A stretch of 64,000 nucleotides of DNA from positions 1,088,001-1,152,000 of the forward strand of contig OY970192.1 of assembly GCA_963708135.1 (NCBI GenBank), written 5' to 3'. The stretch is from an uncultured Gemmatimonadales bacterium (lineage in GTDB: Bacteria > Gemmatimonadota > Gemmatimonadetes > Longimicrobiales > RSA9). A model generated the notes under the pieces. It was not told the origin of the DNA, did no database searches, and saw only the letters and a program-made list of their open reading frames with translations. Positions 1 to 10,252 of this stretch are shown piece after piece (the first letter of the stretch is position 1; each line of letters begins with the position of its first letter). Position numbers and translations under genes: made by a program.

Positions 1-951
1 ATCCTCCCGGCCGTCACGTGCGGAGGCGGCAAGGGAGGCGGCGGAGCCGCGGACGGCTCGGCGACGGGGGCGTCGCCGGACGGTGCGGCGCCGACGGTCA
101 TCCGGATCACCGCGGTGGCGCACCAGCTGGCCTCGACCACGGACACGGCCGCGCCCGGGTGGACGACGATCCGCTTCGAGAACCGCGGCAATGCGCCGCA
201 TTTCGTGGTCCTCGAGCGGCTGCCGTGCGTGGCGCGCGACGCGGGCGGCTGCGCGCAGAAGACGGTCGAGGACAGCAAGGCGCAGGTCGTGCCCGTGTTC
301 CAGAACATCATGGACGGGATCGCGAAGAGGCCGCTCCGCTACCCGAAGGCGGGCTCGACGCTGCCGGCCTGGGCCGGGCAGGTGGAGTATCTGGGTGGTC
401 CCGGCCTCACCTCGCCGGGCCGGACCGCGGAGGTCACGCTGGACCTCCGGCCCGGGACCTATACCCTGGAGTGCTACGTGAAGACGCGGGACGGGCTCTT
501 CCACTCGGCGGACGGGATGATCCGGGGCCTGGTCGTGACGGATGGCCCCGCCCGCGGGCAGCCTCCCGCGGATGCCGCCATGGTCGTGAACGTCGCGAAG
601 GCCGGGATCACGCTGGACGGCGGCGCGCCGGGGAGCGGCCGGCGCACCTTCCGGGTGCGGTTCGCCGACCAGGGGCAGTACGCGAACTACGTCGGCCACG
701 ACGCGCACCTGGTCCGGCTGGAGGATGGGGCGAACCGGAGGGCGCTCGACGCGTGGATGAACTGGGCGGTGCGCGGCGGGCTGGCGGAGCCGGCGCCCGC
801 CGGCGTCGTCTTCCTGGGCGGCACGCAGGACATGCCGGCGGGCTCGACCGCGTACGTCACGGCCGAGCTGACTCCGGGCACCTACGCGTGGATCGCGGAG
901 GTGCCCGGGCCGATGGAGAAAGGGTTGTACAGGGAATTCACGGTGGAGTAG
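1..951 (+). CDS. Putative lipoprotein with two small beta-sandwich (cupredoxin-like) repeats; 5' end outside the window
   Basis: The frame of ORF 115..951 is open from base 1 (ILPAVTCGGGK..., lipobox-like Cys). It contains H-x-V and PG-x-Y-x-L-x-C type motifs, the second copy being PGTYAWI. Confidence 0.6.
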   Translation: MLPAVTCGGGKGGGGAADGSATGASPDGAAPTVIRITAVAHQLASTTDTAAPGWTTIRFENRGNAPHFVVLERLPCVARDAGGCAQKTVEDSKAQVVPVFQNIMDGIAKRPLRYPKAGSTLPAWAGQVEYLGGPGLTSPGRTAEVTLDLRPGTYTLECYVKTRDGLFHSADGMIRGLVVTDGPARGQPPADAAMVVNVAKAGITLDGGAPGSGRRTFRVRFADQGQYANYVGHDAHLVRLEDGANRRALDAWMNWAVRGGLAEPAPAGVVFLGGTQDMPAGSTAYVTAELTPGTYAWIAEVPGPMEKGLYREFTVE

Positions 952-984
952 GGGCGCCGCCGGCGGGCGAGCAGAAGGCGAGTA

Positions 985-3669
985 CTACCCGGCGTCCGCG
1001 GCCGTGGCTTCCTCCAGCGCGCCCAGGCACTCGTCGCGGTAGGCGGCCGCCTGGGGCGAGGAGCGGATCACCCTGGCGGCCGTCGTGAGCGCCGCCATGC
1101 CCTCGCGGGCCCGGCCCTGGCCGAGGAGCGCGCGGCCGAGCCGGCAGCGGGCCACGGCGGTGGCGAAGTGGCCGGCGGGAAGCGCGCGCTCGAGGATGCG
1201 AAGCGCCCGCCGCGCGCTCGCCTCGCCGGCCGGGAAATCGCCCTGCGCCAACTCGACGCCGGCCAGGGAGAGGTGGGGGAAGGCGATGAGGTAACTTCCG
1301 GGCTGGAGCGCCGCCTCGTAGATGGAGGCGGCGCGCCGGTGCATCTCGGCCGCCTCGTCCAGCCGGCCGAGGCCGGACAGCACGGTGCCGAGGTTCTGGT
1401 ACACGGTGCCGACCTCACGATGGTTCGGGCCCATCAGGCGCACGCGCGCCTCCAGCAGCCGGCGCAGGTCGCGCTCCGCGCCCTCGAGGTCGCCCATCCG
1501 GCGACGCAGGACGGCGAGGTTGTTGAGCGCGTTCAGCGTGTTGCCGTTCTCCGGGCCGAGGGTGCGCTCGAGGATGGCGACGCCGCGCTCGTACTCGCCG
1601 GCGGCCTCGTCATTCCTGCCGAGATCCGAGAGCACCTCCGCCAGGCTCTCATGCGCCATGCCCGCGTTGGCCGATTGCACACCGAATGCGACGCTGTCGA
1701 GCGTGAGCGCCTGGCGCGCGTGGGGCACCGCGTCGGCCGCGTGCCCGAGTCTCTGGAGCACGTCGGAGAGGCCGCGGTGGACGGCCGCGAGCTGGGCCGG
1801 TGGCACGGTGGAGTCGGCGAGCGTGAGGGCGCGGCGGAGCTCGCGCTCCGCGTCGGCGATGCGGTCGACGTAGCCGAACTGGCTGGCCAGGTCATTGTGC
1901 GCCTCGACCTGCTCGGCGACGCTCGGGTCGGGTGCGGCGAGCACGAGGGTGAGGCGGCGCTGGAGGAGGGCGAGCGCGGAGTCCGCGGAAGCGCGCTCGT
2001 GGGCCGCCCCCAGCGCGAGGGCCAGACGGGCCAACCCGTCGCGGTAGGCGCGCGAGACGACGCCGTCGTCACGCTCGTGGAGCGAGAGCGCCCGCGCGGC
2101 GAGCGGCACCGCCTTTTCCGACGTGCCCAGGTTCGTGTAGACCTCGACCAGCGCGTCCAGCAGGTTGGCCTGGATGCGCGGCCGGCCGCCGAGCTCCGCG
2201 AGCACGCGGCTGGCGCCGGTGTCGAGCGCTTCCACCACCGTGATGGCGCGGCCCCGCTCCGGGTTGGCCGGGGCGAAGGGATCGGGGCTGCGCAGGATCT
2301 CGATCAGCAGCCGCTGGACCTGCTCGGCGCGGTCCGCCTGCTCACGCGCGGCATTCCGCTCCCGCTCGAGTCGCGTGGCGTGGCGGATCGCGCTGCCGAC
2401 GTAGAGGAGCAGGAAGAGGAGCGCGGCCACGCCCGCGAGAGCGACCAGGCGGTTCCGCCGCAGGAAGCGGGTGGCCCGGTAGGCGAGCGTATCGGGACGC
2501 GCCCCGACCGGCCGCCCATCGAGGTGGCGCCGGATGTCGTCGGCGAGCTGCTCCACCGACGTGTAGCGGCGCTCCGGCTGCTCGCGCAGCGCCTTCTGCA
2601 GGACGGTGTCGAGGTCCCCGCGGAGGGCGCGGCGGAGCCGCTCCGGCGTCGTGCTGCGCCGGTGGGCGATGCGGACATCCTCCTCCCCGGAGCCGACCCG
2701 CGCACTCGCGCGCACGGCGGTGACCTCCTGGCCGCCGAGGCCTTCGGCAACGGCGGCACGGCCGCGGTCGAAGGGGCGGTGGCCGGCGAGCAGGAGGTAG
2801 AGCAGGATGCCGAGCTGGTAGACGTCGGACGCGGTGGTAATGGGCCTGCCGCTCAACTGCTCGGGGCTCGCGTACTCGGGCGTGAGCACGCGCGAGCCGG
2901 TGCGCGTCAGCGGCGCCTCGTCGTCTTCCGCGGCGTCGAGGATCCTGGCGATGCCGAAGTCGAGCAGCTTCACCCTGCCGTCCCGGGTGACCAGGATGTT
3001 GGAGGGCTTCAGGTCCCGGTGCACGACGAGCTGAGCGTGCGCGTAGCGGACGGCATCGGCGACGCCGAGGAACAGCTCGAGGCGCCGCGCGAGCGGCAGG
3101 CGCGCCGCGTCGCAGTACTCCGTGATCGGCGTGCCATCGACGTACTCCATGACCAGGTACGGCCGGCCGTCCTCGGTGGAGCCGCCGTCGTAGAGGCGAG
3201 CAATGTTGGGGTGCGCGAGCCCGGCGAGGATGCGCCGCTCGAGAAGGAATCGGCGGACGATGTCCTCGGTGTCGATGCCGCGGCGCAGCAGCTTAAGGGC
3301 GACGCGCTGCTGGAAGTCCGCGGCCGCGCGCTCGGCGAGGTAGACGGAGCCCATGCCGCCCCGCCCGATGCGCCGGAGGAGGCGGTAGGCGCCGACGCGC
3401 TCGAGGGGCGGCTCGGCGCCCGGGATCTCCGAGCCGGTGGCGAGCTCCTGGAGCGCCTCGCGGGCCGTGGTCAGGTCGGGCGCCCGGAACAGGCCCTCCG
3501 AGTCGCGCTCCGCCCGAAGCAGCGAGATGACCGCGGCGCAGAGCTGGGCGTCCGTGCCGCACCGCCCGGCGACGAACCTCTCCCGCTCCTCCTGCGGCCG
3601 CTCCAGCGCGGCCGCGAAGAGGCGGTCGATCTCCTTCCAACGTTGCCTGCCGGGATCGTTCATAGCCAT
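985..3669 (-). CDS. Hanks-type Ser/Thr protein kinase with transmembrane helix and C-terminal TPR repeats
   Basis: Motifs IGRGGMGSV, VALK, HRDLKPSN, DFG and TPEYASPE are present, then a TM segment and TPR-like repeats (LNNLAVL..GDLEGAE). Start placed at MAMNDP. Confidence 0.9.
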   Translation of the reverse strand: MAMNDPGRQRWKEIDRLFAAALERPQEERERFVAGRCGTDAQLCAAVISLLRAERDSEGLFRAPDLTTAREALQELATGSEIPGAEPPLERVGAYRLLRRIGRGGMGSVYLAERAAADFQQRVALKLLRRGIDTEDIVRRFLLERRILAGLAHPNIARLYDGGSTEDGRPYLVMEYVDGTPITEYCDAARLPLARRLELFLGVADAVRYAHAQLVVHRDLKPSNILVTRDGRVKLLDFGIARILDAAEDDEAPLTRTGSRVLTPEYASPEQLSGRPITTASDVYQLGILLYLLLAGHRPFDRGRAAVAEGLGGQEVTAVRASARVGSGEEDVRIAHRRSTTPERLRRALRGDLDTVLQKALREQPERRYTSVEQLADDIRRHLDGRPVGARPDTLAYRATRFLRRNRLVALAGVAALLFLLLYVGSAIRHATRLERERNAAREQADRAEQVQRLLIEILRSPDPFAPANPERGRAITVVEALDTGASRVLAELGGRPRIQANLLDALVEVYTNLGTSEKAVPLAARALSLHERDDGVVSRAYRDGLARLALALGAAHERASADSALALLQRRLTLVLAAPDPSVAEQVEAHNDLASQFGYVDRIADAERELRRALTLADSTVPPAQLAAVHRGLSDVLQRLGHAADAVPHARQALTLDSVAFGVQSANAGMAHESLAEVLSDLGRNDEAAGEYERGVAILERTLGPENGNTLNALNNLAVLRRRMGDLEGAERDLRRLLEARVRLMGPNHREVGTVYQNLGTVLSGLGRLDEAAEMHRRAASIYEAALQPGSYLIAFPHLSLAGVELAQGDFPAGEASARRALRILERALPAGHFATAVARCRLGRALLGQGRAREGMAALTTAARVIRSSPQAAAYRDECLGALEEATAADAG

Positions 3670-3844
3670 GGGCGCCGCCGCTCGCGCGGGGTCGAGACGG
3701 GAAACGGCTCGCGCGAAACCACCGCGGCCTTTGGCAGAGGGTCTCGCGAGAATGCGAAGAAGATCCTGCCATGGCAAGGATATCGATGGGACGAGGAGGG
3801 CCGCGGCAGCCGCCGTTCGCGGCTGCCGCGGCCGTGCGGAACCC

Positions 3845-5011
3845 TCAGCCGGGGCGCTCCGCCGCCGGGGCGGCCACGCCGCTGCCGGTCGCCGTGGCGT
3901 AGCGCAGGCGGGCGGCCATGCCGCCGATGCCCAGGAGGCGGGCCGCCGCGCCGTCCTGGACCTCCTCGACGGTGCCGCCCTGCCGCAGCACGGCGAGGGC
4001 CATGCGGCTCGGCAGGTCGGGGCGCGCCTCCAGCGGGCCGCGGCAGCCGGGGCATGCGCCGGGCAGCGGTGCGCGGTAGAGGAGTCCACAGGTCGGGCAC
4101 TCGCCGCCCTCGACCTCGAGGCCGTGCAGCAGGAGCAGCAGGGCGACACGGAGGTCGTTCACCCCCGCGAGCACCTCGTCCGCGCCGAAGACGGCCCGGC
4201 CGCGCCCGGCCTCCTCGGCCAGTCGATCGAGGAGCCGCTCCTGCTCCGCGTACGCGATGGTGCGGGCGGCCTCGCGAACCGCGTCGCCCACCTGGGCGGC
4301 GGGCGCGATGACGGGCAGACGCAGCACCGGATGGAAGCGTTCACGCAGCGGGGACGCGAGCTCCTCGCCCAGATGGGCGAGCGCCTCGGCGGGGCCGCCG
4401 GCCAGGATGAACCGGGGGGACTCGCGGGCGTCGAGGCGCTCCAGCGCCGCGGCGACGCGCCGCACGTGCGCGAGGACGTGTCCCTCGTGGTCGCGCTGGA
4501 TGTTGGCCTGCGCGTAGCCGCCCTGCCTGTGCTTGTTGGGGACGTAGTCCCACAGGTCCTCGAGCTCGCGGATGGAGCCGGGGCCGGCGCGGAAGAAGCG
4601 GGCGCGCTCCTTGTCGAGGAGCACGGCCAGCACCGACGCCTGCCCGTCCACGACGGCGAGGAGCGGCCGCAGGTCCAGGTGCGGGCCCCAGTGGATGGAG
4701 GGAGCGATCCGCGCCTCGAGGGGCACGGCACGGAAGAACTGCCGGGCCGCGCAGGAGAACACGGCCAAGCCGCGCGGCCTTGGCTCGAGCGGCAACGCTG
4801 CCTCGGTCACGGTGCGCAGCTCCGCCTCGAGCCGCGTCCGCTCCGACGCGGGCGCCTCGGCCAGCGCGGCATGGCCGAGCCCGGCGATCTCGGCGGGCAG
4901 GTTGCTGCCCGCGCCACCCGACGGGTCGGTGGAGAGGTAGAGGGAAAGCGCCGGTTCTCCGCCGGCGTCGAACTCGCTCAGGTCCGCGACGGTCTTCTGG
5001 AACCGCAGCAT
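3845..5011 (-). CDS. Bacterial archaeo-eukaryotic release factor (baeRF10/eRF1-like) domain protein
   Basis: LSLYLSTDP N-terminus, KHRQGGYAQANIQR loop, CxxC..CxxC zinc ribbon and GGMAARLRY C-terminus. GGAGG RBS before the ATG at 5011. Confidence 0.75.
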   Translation of the reverse strand: MLRFQKTVADLSEFDAGGEPALSLYLSTDPSGGAGSNLPAEIAGLGHAALAEAPASERTRLEAELRTVTEAALPLEPRPRGLAVFSCAARQFFRAVPLEARIAPSIHWGPHLDLRPLLAVVDGQASVLAVLLDKERARFFRAGPGSIRELEDLWDYVPNKHRQGGYAQANIQRDHEGHVLAHVRRVAAALERLDARESPRFILAGGPAEALAHLGEELASPLRERFHPVLRLPVIAPAAQVGDAVREAARTIAYAEQERLLDRLAEEAGRGRAVFGADEVLAGVNDLRVALLLLLHGLEVEGGECPTCGLLYRAPLPGACPGCRGPLEARPDLPSRMALAVLRQGGTVEEVQDGAAARLLGIGGMAARLRYATATGSGVAAPAAERPG

Positions 5012-5027
5012 GCATCCTCCCCGGGAT

Positions 5028-5705
5028 TCAGACACCCGCGCCCACCATCTCCTCGGCGTTCACGGCCAGCAGGTTGAGGACATCGGTGACGCCGGGCAGC
5101 GCCCAGGCGGCGCGCTCCGCGTCGTCGCTCTCCGCCGGACTGCGGACCGATCCCATGAGCGTGACCCTGGAGCCGCGCACGGCCACGGAGACGCGCGCCG
5201 CGTCCACCTCGGCGCTACGCCTGAGCGCCTCCTCGATGCGCCGCTTCACATCGCCCGCGGCGATGCGCGGGCGCACGGTGATCCGGCTGGTCAGGCCGCT
5301 GACGCCGGTGAGGCTGCGGACCGCGTTCTCCGCGGCCTCCTTCTCGAAGTTCCAATCCACCGCGCCGTCGAGCTGGACCCAGCCGCCCTTGATCGACGCC
5401 GTGATGCGCTCCGCCGGAACGCGCACGTTCCAGCGGAGCGCTCGGACGACCTCCTCGGCGAGCTCGGTGTCGCCCCTCCGACTCGCGTCGGGCAGGCGCA
5501 CGCTCAGCTCGTTGGCCACGGCGCGCACGCCGTGCACCCGCCGCGCGGTCCGCTCCGCCACGAGGATGTCCGCGTAGCTGAGCACGTGACCGGTGAGCGT
5601 GACGACCGCGTCGTGGATCGTGACGCCGATGCCCGCCGCGTCGATGCTCGGCTCGAGATCGAGCTCGGCCAGCACATCCCGCTGCAGGCTGGTATCGGAT
5701 GTCAT
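5028..5705 (-). CDS. BON domain protein (OsmY-like, three BON domains)
   Basis: Repeated VTLTGHV/VQLDGAV/VTLMGSV...GV..V.N.L.V motifs; GAGGAGG RBS. Confidence 0.9.
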   Translation of the reverse strand: MTSDTSLQRDVLAELDLEPSIDAAGIGVTIHDAVVTLTGHVLSYADILVAERTARRVHGVRAVANELSVRLPDASRRGDTELAEEVVRALRWNVRVPAERITASIKGGWVQLDGAVDWNFEKEAAENAVRSLTGVSGLTSRITVRPRIAAGDVKRRIEEALRRSAEVDAARVSVAVRGSRVTLMGSVRSPAESDDAERAAWALPGVTDVLNLLAVNAEEMVGAGV

Positions 5706-6174
5706 CTCTCCCTCCTCGTGCGAGAGGCAGCCCCGCCGCGCCGGCAGCGTGGAGGCGGGAAGCGCGGGTGGTGACCCGGGCGCGGACTCGCGGTTGGCGA
5801 ATCCTTCCCGGCCGCCCGGCGCGGCGGGGGCGGCAGCGAGAGGGGCAAGGCGGAGGCCGTCGGACTCATGCCGGCAGAACGCGGGAGGACGTTGCTCGGC
5901 AACGACTTCGCGGAGCGTGCGATGAATGCGCTCGCGCGGCGGGTCACAACGTCCCGGCGCTGGGGCGTAGCGTGGCGACAGGGATGCGCGCGTGGGGCCG
6001 CGCACCGCGGGGTGCGGCGCGGCACGGGCGGTGCCTGTACGTATATAAAGGCCAGGCGCCACTGCGGGGACGACCGTACGGCCCGGCCGAGGACGAGCCG
6101 GACGCGGGGGCCACGCCAATGTGGGCATGAGTGGATGAGGTGAAGAGGCGGACTCGAACACGGGGGAGGACACG

Positions 6175-7076
6175 ATGTTCAAGTCGATCCTGGTTCCGGT
6201 GGACGGCTCGGCGGCGAGCGAGCAGGCGCTCCCCGCGGCGCGGGCCGTGGCCCGACGGACCGGCGGGAAGGTGGAGCTGCTGCTGGTGCACCAGGCCTCG
6301 CTTCCGGTGCTGCAATATCAGAACGTGCCGGTTCCCGACGCGGACCTGGACCGCGACGTCCGGGTCTCACGCGTGGAGTACCTCCGCAGCCTCGCCGGCG
6401 CTCTGGAGGGGCAGATCGACGTGAGGGCCACCGTGCTCGATGGCGACGACGTGGCCGAGGCGATCGCCGAGCGCGCCAACGCCGGCGCGGACCTCATCGT
6501 CATGACGACACACGGCAGGCGGGGGCTCCGGCGCGCGCTGCTCGGCAGCGTCGCGGAGCACGTGGTGCGGCACGCGCGCGTGCCGGTCCTGCTCCTGCGG
6601 CCGCGCCGGGGCGGGGCGCCGCCGATGCACATCCCGCCCTACGAGCACGTGCTGCTCCCGCTCGACGGCTCGCCCCTGGACGGACCGACCCTGGATGCGG
6701 CGCTCGCGCTGGCCGAGCCCGGCTGCAAGGTGACGTGCTCCACGTATTGGTGCCGGTCACGCTCTTCACGGGACCGCCTGACGCGGGGATCCTGCTCGAG
6801 GCGCACCAGGTGCAGCGCACCGACGCAGGCCGCTACCTGAAAGAAATCGCCGAGACGCTCGAGGGGCGCGGGCTGGACGTGGAAGCGCGCGTGCACGAGG
6901 CGGCGAGCCCGGCCGCGGCGATCACCACGACGGCGCGGGCGCTCGGCGTGGACCTGATCACGATGGGAACGCGGGGCCGCGGCGGGGCCGAGCGGCTGCT
7001 GCTCGGGAGCGTGGCGGAGCGGGTGGCGCGCACGTCGCTGGTGCCGGTGCTGCTCAGGCCGCCCGCGGCGGGGTGA
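6175..7076 (+). pseudogene. Tandem-domain universal stress protein with a frameshift near 6736
   Basis: MFKSILVPVDGS and MTTHGR..LLGSVAE lie in one frame. The second USP domain (LHVLVP..MGTRGRGG..LLGSVAERV) continues in another frame; adding one C in gtgacg^tgctccac restores VTLLHV. Confidence 0.8.
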
Positions 7077-7132
7077 GCGGGGGCTCGGGGGTCGGGGCTC
7101 GGGGTGCTGCCGAGCCTGCCTTCTGCGCGGAG

Positions 7133-7636
7133 TCAGACGTCGAAGATCACCCGCGCGCGCCAGCCGTCCTCGCCCGGCTCGACCGATAGGGCGTGGTAGG
7201 TGACGCCCTTGATCTCGCGCACGGGCGGCCGCGGGTCGGGGTCGCCGCGCACGTCGGCCACGAGGCGGCGCCCCTCCAGCACGCGGAACCGCGCGCCGCC
7301 GTAGAGGAAGCCGTCCGACTGGTGCAGGTAGAGGACCTCGCGCAGCCATGCCGCCAGCAGGAGGGCGGGCTCCGAGGCCTCCAGCGCGATGTGGTGCTCG
7401 GCGGGCGGGAGCGGGAAGAAGGCGAAGACGTCGTCCACGGGAGCGTCCGCATCGGAGGCGCGCGCCCGGCGGGACACGAGCTCCGGCGGCGGCACGGGCT
7501 CATCCTCGCCGCGCACGAGGGCCATCATGCCCCGGGCGGCGCAGTTGAAGAGGTCGGCCAGGGTACCCGCCTTCACGATGAAGCCGACATCGGCCGTGTG
7601 GTCGAGCAGCGTGACACAGGGGGGAAGTTCCGCCAT
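7133..7636 (-). CDS. Archease
   Basis: DHTADVG N-terminal motif and EIKGVTYH...ARVIFDV C-terminal motif. Confidence 0.9.
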   Translation of the reverse strand: MAELPPCVTLLDHTADVGFIVKAGTLADLFNCAARGMMALVRGEDEPVPPPELVSRRARASDADAPVDDVFAFFPLPPAEHHIALEASEPALLLAAWLREVLYLHQSDGFLYGGARFRVLEGRRLVADVRGDPDPRPPVREIKGVTYHALSVEPGEDGWRARVIFDV

Positions 7637-7761
7637 CGGACCTCCGCGGGGAGTGCGGGCGGTGGCCGGGCGGGGCCGATCGGCGGCGCCCGCGCCGGGA
7701 GCTTCGCCGGAAAGTTAGCTCCGTCTCTCGCAGCGCGAAACCGACCGCCCCGTGGCGTGGA

Positions 7762-9162
7762 TCAGAGCGGGACGATCTTGCCGGGGTTCAGGATGTCCCG
7801 CGGGTCGAGCGCGCGCTTGATCGTGGCCATGACGGCCAGCGCCGCGCCGTGCTCGAGCGGCAGGTAGCGCATCTTGCCGAGGCCCACGCCGTGCTCGCCG
7901 GTGCAGGTGCCGTCCATGGCCAGCGCGCGCTCGACCAGGCGGCCGTTCAGCGCCTCGGCCTCGGCGAGCTCCTCCGGCCGGTCGGGGTCGATGAGGAAGA
8001 CCAGGTGGAAGTTGCCGTCGCCGGCGTGGCCGACCAGGCCGACCTGGAGCGAGCCGCGCTCGAGGTCCGCGCGCGTCTCGCGGATGCACTCGGCCAGCCG
8101 GGAGAGGGGCACGCACACGTCCGTGGTCCAGCCGCGCGAGCCGGGACGCAGGGCGAGCGTGGCCGGGTAGACGTCGTGGCGCGCCTTCCAGAGCCGCTGC
8201 CGGTCCTCGGCCGCCGTGGCGAAGGCGAAGGCGCCGCCGCCGTTCTCAGCGGCCAGGGCTTCCACCGCGCGCGCCTGCTCCCGCACCTCGGCGGGCGCGC
8301 CGTGGAACTCGAAGAAGAGCGTGGGTGCGGCCGCGTAGTCGAGGCCGGAATAGCGGCGGACGGCGTCCATGGTGACGGCGTCGAGCACCTCGACGCGCGC
8401 CACCGGGACGCTCGCCTGCATCGTCGCGATGACGGTGTCCACGGCCGCATCGAGCGAGGGGAAGGCGCACACGGCCGCGGCGACCGCCTCCGGGACCGGA
8501 TGCAGGCGGAGCGTGAGGCGGGTGATCACGCCGAGGGTGCCCTCGGAGCCGATGAAGAGGTGGGTCAGATCGTAGCCGGCGGACGACTTGCGGGCGCGGC
8601 CCGCGGTCTCGATCACGCGGCCGTCCGCGAGCACGACCTCGAGCGAGAGCACGTTCTGGCGCATGGCGCCGTAGCGGACGGTGGTGGTGCCGGACGCGCC
8701 CGTGGCGGCCATGCCGCCAAGCGTCGCATCGGCACCCGGATCGACGGGGAAGAAGAGCCCGCTGCCGCGCAGCTCGCGCTCGAGCTGGAGGCGGGTGACC
8801 CCCGGCTCCACCGTGACGTCCATGTCCTCGGCGGAGACGCGCAGCACCCGGTTCATCTTCCGGGTGTCGAGGCTCACGCCGCCGCGGACCGGGATCACGT
8901 GGCCCTCGAGCGACGTGCCGGCGCCGAAGGGGATCAGCGGCACCCCGCGGCGGGCGCAGATGCGGACGATCTCCGCCACCTCGTCCGTCGAGCGGGGGAA
9001 GGCGACGGCGTCCGCCGGGCGCGCCCGGTGGTAGGACTCGTCCTTCCCGTGCAGCGCGCGCTCATCGGCGGAGAGCGAGAGGCGCTCGGCGAGGAGAGCC
9101 TGCAGGTCGCGGATGGCCGCAGCGAGGGCGGCGGGATCGGGGGCGGGGGCGGGGGGAGGCAT
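7762..9162 (-). CDS. FAD-linked oxidase, GlcD/D-lactate dehydrogenase family
   Basis: FGAGTSLEG, PVDPGADATLGGM, GSEGTLG, GHAGDGNFH, GEHGVGLGK and LNPGK motifs. Confidence 0.9.
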   Translation of the reverse strand: MPPPAPAPDPAALAAAIRDLQALLAERLSLSADERALHGKDESYHRARPADAVAFPRSTDEVAEIVRICARRGVPLIPFGAGTSLEGHVIPVRGGVSLDTRKMNRVLRVSAEDMDVTVEPGVTRLQLERELRGSGLFFPVDPGADATLGGMAATGASGTTTVRYGAMRQNVLSLEVVLADGRVIETAGRARKSSAGYDLTHLFIGSEGTLGVITRLTLRLHPVPEAVAAAVCAFPSLDAAVDTVIATMQASVPVARVEVLDAVTMDAVRRYSGLDYAAAPTLFFEFHGAPAEVREQARAVEALAAENGGGAFAFATAAEDRQRLWKARHDVYPATLALRPGSRGWTTDVCVPLSRLAECIRETRADLERGSLQVGLVGHAGDGNFHLVFLIDPDRPEELAEAEALNGRLVERALAMDGTCTGEHGVGLGKMRYLPLEHGAALAVMATIKRALDPRDILNPGKIVPL

Positions 9163-9192
9163 TTGGTTTGGTCTTGGTTTTGGTTTTGGTTT
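9162..9192. repeat. Imperfect (TTTTGG)n microsatellite between lutC and the FAD oxidase
   Basis: Sequence reads tttgg tttgg tcttgg ttttgg ttttgg. Confidence 0.7.
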
Positions 9193-9785
9193 CAAACTGG
9201 ACGCTGGAGCAGTGTGTCCGGGACGAATGCGGCGATGAGGCGGCCGGGGCCGTGGACGCCGTGGACGAGGGTGCCCGCGATGTCGGCGGACTTGCTGGGG
9301 CCGCTGTGCAGGGCAAGGGCGGCGCCGCGGTCGGAGCTGGTGAGGGCCAGGGCCTCGGCCAGCGTGGGGACCAGGAGCGAGTCCGGAACCAGGACGAGGT
9401 GGGTCGGCGCGAGCAGCTGGAGGCGGCGGCCTTCGCGGCTGTCGAGGAGGAGCGACCCGGTCTCGGCCACGGCGCAGCGGGCGAGGGAGATGGCGAGGTC
9501 GGCGCGCTCCGGCGGCGCCGGCTCGAGCGGGGGCCGCAGCGCCGGGGGCACGGCGGCGGCGATGGCGGCGGTGCGGCACCCGGGCGCGAGGCGGGCGGCG
9601 AGGGCCGCGGCCTCCTCGGCGGTCGCCGCGCGGACCACCTCGCCCCCGGCGGCGGTGAAGCGCGCGGCGAAGGCGGCGCGGGCATCGTCGCCCGACAGGG
9701 CATCGGCGCCGAGCGGGCCCGGGTGGGGCACGGGCGAGTGCGCGCGGGCGGCCTCGCGGACGCGAGCGAGGATGTGGTCCCTCAC
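9192..9785 (-). CDS. lutC: Lactate utilization protein C (LUD domain)
   Basis: RDHILARVR, AVAETGS and SGPSKSADIAGTLVHGVHGP motifs; GTG start overlaps the lutB stop. Confidence 0.85.
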   Translation of the reverse strand: MRDHILARVREAARAHSPVPHPGPLGADALSGDDARAAFAARFTAAGGEVVRAATAEEAAALAARLAPGCRTAAIAAAVPPALRPPLEPAPPERADLAISLARCAVAETGSLLLDSREGRRLQLLAPTHLVLVPDSLLVPTLAEALALTSSDRGAALALHSGPSKSADIAGTLVHGVHGPGRLIAAFVPDTLLQRPV

Positions 9786-10152
9786 CGGATGCCGTCCTGC
9801 CAGAGGCGATGGAACGGCTTCGGGCTGGGCTCGAGCCCGGCGCGCGGGCCGGACCAGCCGCGGACGACGGGGAGCAGGTCGCCGTCGAGGACGGCCGCGG
9901 GCAGCGTGCGCAGCGCGGCGGAGGCCAGCCGGTAGAGCGGGGGATTGGTCATGGCGCGCGTGTAGGCGGCCATGGCCACGCGCTCGGCGAGCGGGGGCAG
10001 GCGGGCGTCGCGGGCGCGCTCGCGCCAGAGGTGGAGCAGGCGCGGGATCGGGATGCGGACGGGGCAGGCCTCGGCGCAGGCGCCGCAGAGGGAGGAGGCG
10101 AAGGGCAGCTCGCCCGCGGCCTCGACGCCCGTGAGGCCGGGGGCGAGGATGC
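9782..10152 (-). pseudogene. lutB: LutB C-terminal fragment
   Basis: LPFASSLCGACAEACPVRIPIP Fe-S motif and PKPFHRLW terminus; homology stops abruptly near 10152. Confidence 0.8.
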
Positions 10153-10223
10153 TCCATGGCGGCACGACCCTGGAGTGGGTCGCGCCCGACGTGTTGGCGG
10201 CGCCGTGGTGGGCGGTGGTCTGA
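10150..10223 (+). pseudogene. Possible C-terminal remnant of a DUF4143-type AAA ATPase
   Basis: LHGGTTLEWVAPDVLAAPWWAVV* resembles the terminus of these ATPases (from recall; fragment only). Confidence 0.35.
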
Positions 10224-10252
10224 CCGATACTCTAGCCGCGTCTGGCCAATCC

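Noticed and set aside
1168..4311. Long antisense or alternative-frame ORFs (also 7849..10134, 21703..24663, 26078..28819, 33076..35394, 41904..44549 upstream part, 49400..51994, 61584..63998)
   Set aside because: Shadow ORFs typical of high-GC DNA; they overlap genes with clear family motifs and are low-complexity Arg/Ala/Gly-rich.
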